Assembly (NCBI RefSeq): GCF_004010195.1
Contig: NC_057754.1
Location: forward strand, 740,285-782,243
DNA: 41,959 nucleotides
From: Chiloscyllium plagiosum
Taxonomy: Eukaryota
Reading direction: 5' to 3'
The notes under the pieces are model-generated. The model was not told where the DNA came from. It ran no database searches and saw only the letters and a list, made by a program, of their open reading frames with translations. Shown here piece after piece: positions 1 to 11,522 of the stretch (the first letter of the stretch is position 1; each line of letters opens with the position of its first letter). The position numbers and the translations under genes were made by a program.

Positions 1-185
1 GCGAGTCGTGAGTTCATGGCATGCCCTGCCAGTAGCAGTGGTGGACTCTCCCTCTTTATGGGCATTTAAGCGGGCATTGGATAGGTATATGGAGGATAGT
101 GGGCTAGTGTAGGTTAGGTGGGCTTGGATCGGCGCAACATCGAGGGCCAAAGGGCCTGTACTGCGCTGTATTCTTCTATGTTCTA
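1..185 (+). mobile_element. CR1 LINE 3' end (ORF2 C-terminus, 3'UTR, tail)
   Basis: Encodes RVVSSWHALPVAVVDSPSLWAFKRALDRYM, followed by gggccaaagggcctgtactgcgctgta and a (TTCTATG)n-type tail. Confidence 0.85.
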
Positions 186-199
186 AATAAAATCATTTC

Positions 200-985
200 T
201 TATTGTTTTAAACTCTGGTAGGTGCAGGCCTAACTGGCCCAACCTTTTCTGATCAGACAACCCCTTCCTCCCAGGAATCAGTCAAGTGGACCATCTCTGA
301 ACTATTTTCCAGTGCAATTGCATCCTTAGACAAGGAGACCAAATCTGTATACGGTGCTCCAGATGTGGTCTCACCAATGCTGTGTACACCCTATTTTCAT
401 ATTCCATTTGCCTTGCAATAAACACCACCTTTCCACTTACATTCAGAATCACTTGCTGCACCTGTGTATTAACTTTCTGTGATTCACCCAGATCCCTCTG
501 TCTCTCACTGTTGTGTAATTTCTCTCCATTTAAATAATCCACTATTTTCCATTCTTCCTGCTGATGTTTTTCTGCCTTTGCCCAATGTGCCGATATCATT
601 TTGCAGACTCTTTATGCTCACTTCACAATAGACTCTGTTATCAGCAAACTTAGCAACCAAACCCACAGTTTCTTCACCTAAGTCACGGATATAAAATGTG
701 AAAAGGTGAGGCCCAACCCTGATCCCTGTGGCACACTTATCACTACATCTCATCAACCAGAAAAGATTCCATTTATGTCTCCCCTTTGCAGTTAGTCAGC
801 CAATCCCCTAAATTGTCAATATGTTATCCTCTGCACCTTGTGTCCTTGTTCACTGTGTTAACTTTGATGTGGTTCCTTATCCAGTGACCTTTGGAACTCC
901 AGGTACACCACATCTACACATTCCCATTTATATTTATTGTTTATTATTTCCTTAACAAGCTCTATTAAATTAGTCAACCATAACT
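200..985 (-). mobile_element. Old CR1 LINE reverse transcriptase fragment
   Basis: Broken ORFs VDVVYLEFQRSLDKEPH, LVAKFADN, LVRPHLEHRIQIWSP. Confidence 0.8.
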
Positions 986-1526
986 TCTGCTCAATGCTAA
1001 CCCCCAGGTTGTTGACAGTGGGGGATTCAGTGATGGTAACATTGAGCATCCTCTGCAGCCTGCCCAATACCTTAAGAATCCTCATAATTAGACCTGATCG
1101 TTCATTTAGGACCTAGGCTAATTCTTTATGAAGATGTAGCATAACCTCCTTTTTCTGTAATCTCTGCCACTTCACATGTGGCCAAGGTTCTGTTCCTTCC
1201 ATGTTTAATAGTGTTTTGAGACTGAATCAGTTATGGTTAGAAAGGAATGACAAAGGGAGGCCATTTGGGAGATGTGGAGGGAGTTTGTATGTAGAGCGGT
1301 GTAGCTGAATGAAAACTGATAATGACTGAGTGTAAAATGCAAGAGACAAACAAGGGTGTAGCCTGAGAAACCAATGTGAGGTGTAACTGAAAGCGTCTGA
1401 TCTAAGAGTCTGTATCAAGATTGGATTAGACATTAAAGTAAAACAAAGATGCTGGAAATCTGAAAGAAAAACAGAAAAGTTTCTCCAGTAATTTCGAGAT
1501 TAGATACTGCTTGTGTTCCCATTGAA

Positions 1527-1781
1527 CCCGCCTCAGGCGACTGACTGTGTGGAGTTTGCACGTTCTCCCCGTGTCTGCATGGGTTTCCTCCGGGTGCTCC
1601 GGTTTCCTCCCACAGTCCAAAGATGTGCAGGTCAGGTGAATTGGCCATGCTAAATTGCCCGTAGTGTTAGGTAAGGGGTAAATGTAGGGGTATGGGTGGG
1701 TTGCGCTTCGGCGGGGCGGTGTGGACTTGTTGGGCCGAAGGGCCTGTTTCCACACTGTACATAATCTAATCTAATCTAATC
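1527..1781 (+). mobile_element. HE1-type V-SINE, 5'-truncated
   Basis: V-domain tgtgtggagtttgcacgttctccccgtgtctgc...ggtttcctcccacagtccaaaga, CR1-like 3' end and (TAATC)n tail. Confidence 0.88.
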
Positions 1782-1904
1782 AGTCTCTGTTCCACATGTA
1801 GGTCAATGTCACCTTTAAACAGACTGTAATTCTGTAAAATAGAATTGTCAGAGAGAGATTAAAATATATTTACCTTAGTGGGGGACAACATCAGACATGG
1901 TGGA

Positions 1905-2128
1905 TGGGGTTGCCACCCCTTCAGGATTGGCTCAGAGCCTCCAGGAAAGGGCAACAGTTAACACTCAAAATGAATGTAATTGGTCAGTAAAGGATCTGTG
2001 CCCTTTTCACTTGGCCGTGGGAAGGCAGTCACCTGGGGACTGGACCAATGGTGGAAGGAATAGTCCAACGCATAGAAGTCATGTGATGAGTACTCCAAGA
2101 CTACACTTGCCTGGAGTTGGCAACCCAT
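1905..2128. mobile_element. Non-autonomous hAT (Tip100-like) MITE
   Basis: Terminal inverted repeats GGGTTGCCA (1907-1915) and TGGCAACCC (2118-2126); no clear TSD. Confidence 0.65.
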
Positions 2129-2629
2129 AAGATGGCACAGTTTACCAGGAGACAGAGAGAGAGAAAGCGAGAGGAGAGAGTTGTGTTGGATTGGGTGAGG
2201 TGGGGAGGTCTCCTTTTCTCAATGAGCGCTAGTGTGGATTAGGGGAGGCATCTCAGGAGCTAAAGAAAGAGCCGAACCAAGGCTGGCAGCTGGGCTGAAT
2301 ATCAGCCAGTAGCGTTTACAACGACCTTTCAGTTGTAAATGCTGCAACTATGAAGGGAAACTCAGGCCGGGAAAGCCGCAGGAAAAAGCGGGGATGAAGT
2401 AAGATCACATGTCAATTTCAAAAACGAATAGTTGTGAAGTTAAAATTAATTGCTGGGCTGGGGAAAAGGAGCAGGGGGAGTAGACCTGAGCGGAAGGATA
2501 TTTCAGAGGGTCACCACATGCACAATGGGATGGATAGCCTTCTCCTTCAAAGGGCCACAAACGTGTCTGGAGAAAAGAATAGAAACTAGGAGCTGAGGTG
2601 GGCCATTCAGCCCATAATGTCCTTCAACA

Positions 2630-4037
2630 GGAAGACTGAAGGTTGGCTAACCTGGTGCCATTATTTAAGAAAAGCCAGGAAACTATAGACCGGTGAGCAT
2701 GACATTCGTGGTGGGCAAGTCATTGAATGGAATCCTGACGGACAGGATTTACATGTATTTGGAAAGGCAAGGACTGATTAGGGATAGTCAACATGGTTTT
2801 AAACATGGGAAATCATGTCTCACGAACTTGATTGAGATTTTTGAAGTAACAAAGAGAATTGATAAGGGCAGAGTGGTGGATGTGATCTATATGGACTTCA
2901 GTAAGGCGGTCAACAAGGTTCCTCGGGTGACTGTTAGCACAGTTAGACCTCATAGAATACAGGGAGAACTAGACATTGGATACAGAACTGGCTCGAAGGT
3001 AGAGGGCAGAGGGTAGTGGTGGAGGATTGTTTTTCAGACTGGAGGCCTGTGACCTTGAGTGCCTCAAGGATTGGTGCTGGGTCCACTACTTTTTGTCATT
3101 TATATAAATGATTTGGATGTGAGCATAGGAGGTATAGTTAGTAAGTTTGCAGATGACACTAAAATTGGAGGTGTAGTGGATAGTGAAGAAGGTTACCTCA
3201 GATTACAATGGGATCTGGACCAGATGGACCAATGGGCCAAGGAGTGGCAGATGGAGTTTAATTTAAATAAATGTGCTGCATTTTGGAAAGGCAAATCAGG
3301 GCAGGATTTATACACTTAATGTGAAGGTCCTCGGGAGTGTGGCTGAACAAAGAGACCTTGGAGTGCAGGTTCATAGCTCCTTGAAAGTGGAGTCGCAGGT
3401 AGATAGGATATTGAAGAAGGCGTTTGGTATGCTTTCCTTTAGGTCAGAGTATTGAGTACAGGAGTTGGGAGGTCATGTTGCGGCTGTACAGGCCATTAGT
3501 TAGGCCACTTTTGGAATATTGCGTGCAATTCTGGTCTCCTTCCTATCGGAAAGATGTTGTAAAGCTTGAAAGGGTTCGGAAAAGATTCACAAGGATGTTG
3601 CCAGGGTTGGATAGTTTGAGATACAGAGAGAGACTGAATAGGCTGGGGCTATTTCCTCTGGAGTGTTGGAGGCTGAGAGGTAACCTTATAAAGGTTTATA
3701 AAATCATGAGGGGTATGGATGGGGTGAATAGTCAAGGTTTATTCCCCAGAGTGGGGGAGTCCAAAACTAGAGGGCATAGGTTTAAGGTGAGGGGGAAAGA
3801 TTTAAAGGGGCAACTTTTTCATGCAGAGGGTGGTGCATGTACAGAATGAGCTTCCAGAAGAACTGGTGTAGGCTGGTACAATGGCAACATTTAAAAGGGA
3901 TCTGGATGGGTACATGAACAGGAAGGATTTAGAGGGATGTAGACCAAATGGGACTAGATTAATTTAGGATATTTAATCGGCATGGACAAGTTGAATTGAA
4001 GGGTCTGTTTCCATGCTATATAACTCTATGATTCTAT
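2630..4037 (+). mobile_element. CR1 (HER1-like) LINE, 5'-truncated, frameshifted RT plus tail
   Basis: [65 protein letters not shown]; tail ctctatgattcta. Confidence 0.93.
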
Positions 4038-4039
4038 TG

Positions 4040-6490
4040 GTATGACTCATTGCTGAGCTTTGATCTTATCATATATACTCCCGCGCTCTCCCTACACTCC
4101 TTGACACCTCTAGAAATCTATCTGTTTCTTTCTTCAATATATTGAGTGACTTTGCCTCCGAATGAACCTTCACTGCACTTCCTCAATGGCATGTATAACC
4201 TCCTATCTTAGGTTGGGAGAACAACACTACACACAATACTCCAGATGTGGTCTCAAAGGGAAATACCTTTATACCATCTGCCATTACCTGCGTTGCTTTC
4301 TTTCACTGACTGGTGCACAAGGTACCTAGGTTCTTATGTACAGCAACATTTCCCAATCTGTCACCATTTAAATAATACTCTGCCTTTTGTTTTTCTTACC
4401 ACATGGATAATCTCACACTTACCCACATTATATTGCAACTGCCATGTATTTGCTCACTTAGACAACTTGTCTCAATTGCTCAGAGATTCTGCACATCCTC
4501 CTCACCGTTCCCAATTTCACCTAGTTTTGAGTTGTCATCAAACTTCAAAATATTACATTTGATTCCCTCATCCAAATTGTTGGTATATATTGAAAATATT
4601 TGGGCCAAAGCCGTGATCCCTGTGGTATCATACTTATCATGGCATTTCCCTCTGATGACCCATATAATTCCTACTCTGTTTCCTGTCTGCTAACCAATTC
4701 TCAGTCCATCCCAGTATATTACCATCAATCCCATCTGTTTGGATTTTACATGCTAACCTCTTACACAGTACTTTATCCATATTCTGAAACTCCAAATGCA
4801 CCACATCCACTGGTTCTCCCTTATCTATTGTGATAGTTACATCCTCAAATAAGCTCCAGTAGGTTTGTCAAACACAATTTTCCCTTTCACAAATCCATGC
4901 TGACTTTGTGTAATTTTGTTCGTATTTTTGACGTGCCCAGTTATTACATCCTTCATCAGAGTTTTCATAACTATTAATGTCAAGCTAACTAGACTAGAAT
5001 TCCTGGTTTTCTCCCTCTCACCTGTTTTACACATTTGGGATTATGTCGGGTACCTTCAGATCTGCTGAGACTGTTCCAGAATCTGCAGAATTTTGGAAGA
5101 TGACAGCCAATGCATCCCTTGTTTCCATGGCCACCTCCTTTAGTTCACTGGAATGTAGATTACAAGGCCCTGGGGTTGTATCAACTTTCAGTCCCATTAA
5201 TTTCTCAAGCATTTTTTTTTGATTTCCTAACTTCCTTCAATTCATCCTTCCCAAAATATCCTTGCTTCCTAGCATTTCAGGAATGTTTTTGTGTCTCCCT
5301 CTGTAAAGGCAGGACAGTGGTATTTGTTTAATTGCTCTATCATTTCCTCATTCTGTTCTTTTTCCACACTGATAGAAGCTGTTACACTCCACCTCTATGT
5401 TCCCTGCAAACTTATTCTCCTCTATTTTCCCCCTCTAAATAAACCTCTTGGATCATCCTTTGTTGAATTTTAAATTGCTTCCAGTCCTCAGATTTACTAC
5501 TTTTTTGATCAATTTTAAATTATTTCTCTTTGTATCTAATACTTGCCTTAATTTGTTTTGTTAATCATGGTTAGATCACTTTTCCTGTTGCGTTCTTTAA
5601 ACGTGAAAGGAATGTGTAATCTCTGCAATTCCTTAAATTTTAACCATTCCTTGTTCACTTTTCTGCCTTTTGATGAAATTATCATGCTGTCACAGCTTTA
5701 CCACCCTCGTAACTGTGTAGTTTGCTTTGTTTAGATTTAGAACCTGAGTTTTCTATTCCAATTAAGAATTCTATCATGTTATGGTCACTTTTTCCTAAAG
5801 ACCGCTCGCAACAAGATTATTAATTAACTATTCATTAACCTCTTCTCATTGCATAAACTAATTCTAGGTTGATTTGCCCTTGAGCCCGTTCTTAACATAT
5901 TGCTCTAAAAGTCCATCTTACACACACTCCAGGAATTCATCCACCGCAATATTGTTGCTCAATCTATATGTAGATTAAAGTCACCCATGACTGCTGTACC
6001 GATTTCTCTAATATCCTGTTTAATGCCAATCATTATTGTTTGGATGTCTATAGATAACTCCCACTGATATTTTCTGCCTCTTGCTTATTGCTTCATAGCT
6101 CTATCCAGACTAATTCCAAATCTAGATTTCCTGTGCTAACATTCTTTTTCACTGTTTCGTTGATTTTATATTTCACTAACAATGGTACCCACCTCCTTTT
6201 CAGTTTTGTCTGCCTTTCCAAAAGATTTGAATGTTCAGTTCCCAATTTTGGTCACCTTGCAATCTCCCTTATTGCAAATGTTTGATATATTTACATTTGT
6301 CTTTTTGATATTTTTAGATTTTCCATGTTTGTTTGAACTCCAGCCATACTTGTTGGCTGCCCTTGTTTCCTCTGCCTCCCACTTTAGCCTTTCAACTTTT
6401 TCATCCTTCATTTCTATCTTCATTTACTTCGTGTGTGTCTGTTTGCTCAGGTTCCCGAACCCTGCCAGTCTAGTTCAAACCTTTTCCCCA
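4040..6490 (-). mobile_element. Old CR1 LINE, decayed endonuclease to RT to 3' end
   Basis: SQHGFVKGK, LKVDTTPGP..LKEVAME..LAVIFQNS remnants; endonuclease N-terminal remnant near 6230-6300. Confidence 0.75.
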
Positions 6491-6534
6491 CTATTCTAAC
6501 ACAGAGTCTAAGTTCTGGGGATAGACTGAGCAAA

Positions 6535-6640
6535 GGAAAACAAGACTTCCATTTCAATAGCACCTTTAATGTCCCCAGGCCACCACTAAGTGCTTTACAG
6601 CCCATGCTGTATTTTTGAAGTGTAGTGACAGTTGTAATGA
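6535..6640 (-). mobile_element. DeuSINE (SacSINE1-like) fragment
   Basis: acttccatttcaatagcacctttaa...gtgctttacagcccatg..tttttgaagtgtagtgacagttgtaatg resembles the reverse Deu domain and tail. Confidence 0.5.
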
Positions 6641-6654
6641 CAGAAAGGCAGCAA

Positions 6655-6870
6655 CAGGGGAAACTCGAACTATTCAGCCTAGAGATGAGCATTTGAAAGC
6701 TGGCCTATTGAAGTGTCTGAGATGGTAACAGGGATGGAGAAAGTTAATTGGGAAGATTTTTTTTCACTTAAATGTGAAGGTAGAACAAAGGGGTGTGTGT
6801 TCATACTAGTTATGGATGTCATTACAACCACTTTCAGGAGATGTTCAATGTTGGAATAGATTCCCAGAGC
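6655..6870 (+). mobile_element. Old CR1 3' fragment
   Basis: KLELFSLE..., GMEKVNWEDFF..EGRTKG remnants. Confidence 0.55.
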
Positions 6871-7035
6871 AGACAGGAGAATTAAACTCTGCACTGACTT
6901 ACTGAAGAGCTATCTGCAGCTGTACTACGAGGTAGATTGGCTGATAGGGCCTCTCTGATCCTGAACCACCCACTGTTCTTTTTAAAGTGAGGACTTTGAT
7001 AAAGTGAAAAAGTGAGGGAAGGAGGGACTCTGTGA

Positions 7036-7135
7036 GAGAGTCGAGAAGTGTGATGCTGGAAAAGCACAGCAGGTCAGGCAGCATCCAAGGAGCAGGAGAG
7101 TCGACGTTTCAGGCATAAGCCCTTCATCAGGAATG
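7036..7135 (-). mobile_element. PLE terminal-repeat fragment, family A
   Basis: gctggaaaagcacagcaggtcaggcagcatcc motif, also at 15380, 18934, 25116 and 33395. Confidence 0.8.
7098..7135 (-). ncRNA. Minimal type I hammerhead ribozyme motif (PLE family A)
   Basis: Minus strand reads CAUUC-CUGAUGA-A-GGGC-UUAU-GCCU-GAAA-CG-UC-GACUC: intact core and stem II, weak stem I. Confidence 0.7.
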
Positions 7136-7699
7136 ACACCATGGGAAATGGGAAGAATAGAGTGAGGCAGATGAGAGATCAGTACCAGAGGAAAGTGAAA
7201 ATGAGAGACAGAGAGCATAAAAGAGTGAACTCAAGTGAGAAAGAAGGTGAAAATTAAAGAGGGACTGAGTTCGAAATGCAGAAGCACAGTGAGAATGAAA
7301 GCACGGCCCAGTTTCTTTCAGTTTTTATTTAGGATTTTTGCTTGTCTTTTTTAAAATTTCATCTCTGCAGAATCTTTGTTGCCTTTTGCGTTGTGTGACT
7401 GTGTCTGTTTTGGAATAACAGGGAAATACAATTCTAAATCCAAATTATAGCTTAGTTGCTAACCGGTTTTGCCATTTGCTTTTAGAAATGAGGTTTGTTT
7501 CATAATGAGCAGAGTATTTTGAGTTTATTAAATAAATCTGATGGAAGTCTATTATTTATGGTAACAGAACCAAGTGGCAGCAATTAGCCATGTTGGTGAT
7601 TGAATCAATACATTTACATGGAAATGGTGAGGCTGGTATTTTGTGCAGCTTGATTACCAGCACAGTCCTTGCAGCACAGTCATAACATACAGAACAGGG

Positions 7700-9050
7700 G
7701 AATGTTCACAGATCTTAATTATATCAACTTCCAGAAAGTATTTATAAAGTCAGTCATAAGAAACTGTTAACTCACACAATTGAAAGCAGAGCCTGATTTG
7801 GAGATTACTGATGAGGAGTGGAGGGCAAGGGTAATAAGTAGGTTCCCTCATTGGAACAATGTCACCTATGTACACGTCCTTGCAGAAATCTCCATAGAGG
7901 CCCCAATTATTCATGGTATTTATTAGCGACTTAGAGAATGTGATAGGAAGCTAAATAACTGGCTTTCCAGCTAACACAGTGATTGAACATAAAATTACAA
8001 AGGGGTATTCTTAGATTGTGTGAATGAGCAAAACTGTGGCAGATAGATCTCAATGTAGGCAAGTGTGAGGTGAACACAATAGATCAACTATTGTTGAAAA
8101 AAGCAGCACATTTAATCACAGTTTACATTGTGCACTGATCAGGACAATTTGCAAGAATACTGACACAAAGGGAAAACCAACATTTTTGATGTATGACAGG
8201 AGCATGCTGATTGGTTGGCAAGTAGACAGTGATTGCTAAAGGCATTGCCATGAAGGTGGTAGCAATTAAAATAACTGATGGTTAAATGTCAGACTTTCTT
8301 TAAATTAGAGCAGGCTAAAGTAATTTGTAAGCGGTGAAAAGCTAGCAACTTTAGTTGGAGTTCAAAGGTCATGCACATAAATTAATAACATGTCTGAAGA
8401 GGTCCAGAAAAGAATCCATGACTCGTTAATGCTGGCGGTTTTATGTTTAGGACTAGAATACAGAGGGGTTAGATGTCACAGTTCAGCTGTACAAATCCCT
8501 GGTTAAACCACGGCTGGGAGCAGTTCTGGGCACTACACCTCAGGAAGGAGGGATTGACCTTGGAGGGACTGCAGCAGAGGTTTACCAGAATGATCCACAG
8601 ACCAAGGGTTACGCTACAAGGAAATATTCAACAAATTTAGAGTTGCATTCCCTTCAATTTGAGAAGGCTAAGAGGTGGTTCGATCCAGGTTTTAATAGGG
8701 AAACTGAGAGGATACAGAGTCGGAGGAACTGTTGGTGCTGATTAGGGAGTGCAGGACGGTGGGGTGGTGGGTGGGAGGAATGTGTTTAAATTCAGGCCAG
8801 TTATTTCAGGAGTAAAAGTGGACAATACTTACATGCACAGGGATGCTCTGAGATTTCAAGGCCTCTTTCACAAAGTGTAATTGTTACTTATAAATCTGAA
8901 ATCGAGAAGAGTTTTCTATGAACCAATGGGGTTAAAGGGGAAATGGAGCAAAGATGGATATGTGGAGTTAGGTCACAGATCATCCACCCTCTCCATGAAT
9001 GGTGGAACAGGCTCGAGGGGCCAAATGGTCTCCTCATGTTCCTTTGTTCA
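7700..9050 (+). mobile_element. Old CR1 LINE RT to 3' end, with an unclassified insertion at about 8090-8320
   Basis: LNYINFQK, VFISDLEN, LYKSLVKPRL, QFWALHLRK remnants; tail ggctcgaggggccaaatggtctcctcatgttcc. Confidence 0.7.
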
Positions 9051-9394
9051 GATAGATGGAGAAAGAGAAAAGCTTCAGAGGATAAAATTAATTATAAGTT
9101 TGTTGAAATTTCCACATGGAATGGTTGCAGCAGAGATCAATATACTTTATTTGGTAAGTGGAAAATATCTGAAGCAGGAGATGATAAAGAGATATGGAGA
9201 GGCAGAATGGGCCAGACACCCAGCATCAGTGTTGTATCAGTCAATTAATCTAACATCAACATTTTACTAAAATTCCACCGGATTCTAGTTCCTGAACTCC
9301 ACATCAAAGAGGCTGCATCTATTGCAAACAATTTGCATTCTAGAGCAAGGTTTCAAATCTTCTGCCCTGAGTCACGTACAGGTACATTCTGTCT

Positions 9395-9540
9395 GGTGAG
9401 GGCAGTTTTAAGGAACATCTCAATTGGAGGAGAGATAGACATTCAGAGAGCTTTAGGGAATGGATTTCAGAGCTTGGTGCTCCAGGCAGTTGAAGGCATG
9501 ACCTCCAATGGCGGAGAATTGAGGGATGCTCAGGAGGCTG
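9395..9540 (-). mobile_element. L2-type LINE 3' fragment
   Basis: tttagggaatggatttcagagcttgg..ccaggcagttgaaggcatgacctccaatgg; the reverse complement encodes GGHAFNCLE..LKSIPKAL, resembling the L2 C-terminal G.RAFS..AP.LWNSLP motif. Confidence 0.6.
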
Positions 9541-9930
9541 GAACTGGAGGGGGGTTACAGAGGTGGGGAGGGAGTGTAGAGGCTAGAGGGGATTACAGAG
9601 ATAGGGAGGGGTGTAGAGGCTGCAAGGAGGTGACAGAGATAGGGAAGGGTGTTCAGGCTGGAGAAGATTACAGAGATAAGGAGGGGGTGTAGGGCCTGGT
9701 GGGGTTACAGAAATAGGAAAGGGGTGTAGAGGCTGGAGGAGGTGACAGAGATAGGGAGGAGGTGTAGGGCCTGGAGGGGGTTACAAAGATAGGGAGGGGG
9801 TGTAAGGCCTGGAGGAGATTACAGAGATAGGGAGGGGGGTAGGAGCTGGAGGAGGTGACAGAGATAGGGAGGGGTATAGGATGGAGGAGGTGACAGATAT
9901 AGGGAGGGTATAGGATGGAGGAGGGATAGG
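9533..9930 (+). repeat. G-rich minisatellite, about 38-bp unit, about 10 copies
   Basis: Repeated ggctggaggaggtgacagagatagggaggggtgtaga variants. Confidence 0.9.
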
Positions 9931-10789
9931 GAGTGATTAGTCGATGGCGTGATCGGAATACGAATAGAATTTTATACCTAAGGCGTTGTTGGTTTACGAG
10001 GCAGCTTCTAGTGGAAGCAGATGGATGGTGGGTTCATGGAGTTGGCTGAATGTAGGGCCTGAGGGGGAGGGGTGGTGGGACCAAGCAGGAAAACCTTCAA
10101 ATACAGCTGATAAACAGACCTTCGCTCACAGGGAGTTAACCGTGGGTATTTTTAATTTTAAAAAACTCAAAGCCACAATGACTCAGTGTGTAGGCACCAC
10201 ACCATTCATTCAGAGATCAAGTACCTGCAAATCCAAGGAATGTTTGTGTGATGAGTACAAGGCACAGGATCCACTCTCGGAACCACTTCATTGCCCGAGC
10301 CAAGGGTACATTCGGAGGGGGGGGGATCTTCCTCCCGCGGTTTATGGGATCCTGCTGCTCTGTTCTCTGTCACTTTGGCTCAAAGTGACATTCAGTTCTG
10401 CTCAGACAGAGAAGTGGATTGCAGTTGAAGTTCTCCCCATCCCCCATCGTCAAAGAAAAGAATCAGTTAGAAAGAAATCCTGGAGGTGTGACGCTCTCTG
10501 TATTTATTTCAGATGTATACTTGATTTATTTTTCAGATACTCAGTTTCCTGGCCTCCAGACAGTTAACAAGAGGAGTGTATGATCAGATGTGTGACATTC
10601 ATTGTGAAACCGGTGACCAAACGATGCAAGCAGTTCTCGCAAGGAGAGAGATGGAACAGCGAAGACAGAGCGAGAGAGAGAGAAAGTGACAAGAGGTTGT
10701 GAGCAATGGCAATACATGTGACTAGTGTGTTGGTGAAGGAATGCCTGACTGAGTAAGATAATGAAAGACCAAGTCCCCCTACCTAAGAA

Positions 10790-11260
10790 CCACAAAAACA
10801 GCCCTCTAGCCTCCTCCACTGTTCATTGAGATCATGGTTGACTCCTATCTAAACCCTACCTTCCCACTCATCCCCATATTCTTCAGTTTTCTGCTTCACG
10901 ACCCTGGAGTTAGAGAATTCTAGAGAAGACATTCCTCTTCAGATCACTCCCAAATGGATAGATCTTATTTCAATGCTAGGATCCCCTATTTCTAGATTCT
11001 GAGGCCAGGGAAATCATTCTTCCAGTGTCTATCTCCTGACAATCCTCTTATAAATGTTATAGGTTTCAATTTGGTTGTCTCTTATTTGTCCAAACTCCAG
11101 AGAATGAGTCTAATCCACTCAAACCTTCCTCTTGGCCAATCCTTTCAATGTAGTGATCAAAGTGAGTGATTGTGACCCTCGCCCCAGTACGTTGTCCCAT
11201 TGGCAAGGGGATCAAAACTATACACAGGGCTTCAGGAATGGTCTTGGCAAAGCCTGTTGC
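10790..11260 (-). mobile_element. Old CR1 3' fragment
   Basis: Reverse tail aagaaccacaaaaacagccctctagcc; EEGLSGLDSFS remnant. Confidence 0.6.
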
Positions 11261-11522
11261 CCAAAGACTTCCCAACACATCACAGTCACTAGCTCCCAGC
11301 TCAGTCGGACAGCTTGTTTTAAACTAGCTGATTGCTCATAGCCTCCCAGTAGCTCAGTGGGTAACTGTGACACTGACTCTGGTCAGCTATCCCTTGATTT
11401 GAGGATGATGTCTCTTCAGAGTTTCTGCTGTTGGTCTTCAACGGTAGAAAAGGCTGATTGCTTACCTGCGGATTTTTGAACAGTGGGGAGCATAGGATAG
11501 CAGCATTATCCTGTGGGTCCTT

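Larger units (their letters stand above)
6880..7687 (+). mobile_element. Putative solo LTR-like segment interrupted by a PLE repeat
   Basis: Non-coding, AATAAA near 7531, ends ...gtcataaca (CA end); family and 5' boundary not verified. Confidence 0.3.

Noticed and set aside
10248..10300. C/D box snoRNA (GTGATGA)
   Set aside because: No properly placed CTGA D box or terminal stem
9986..10567. 193-aa ORF
   Set aside because: No recognisable domain, non-ATG start, begins in repeat-derived sequence
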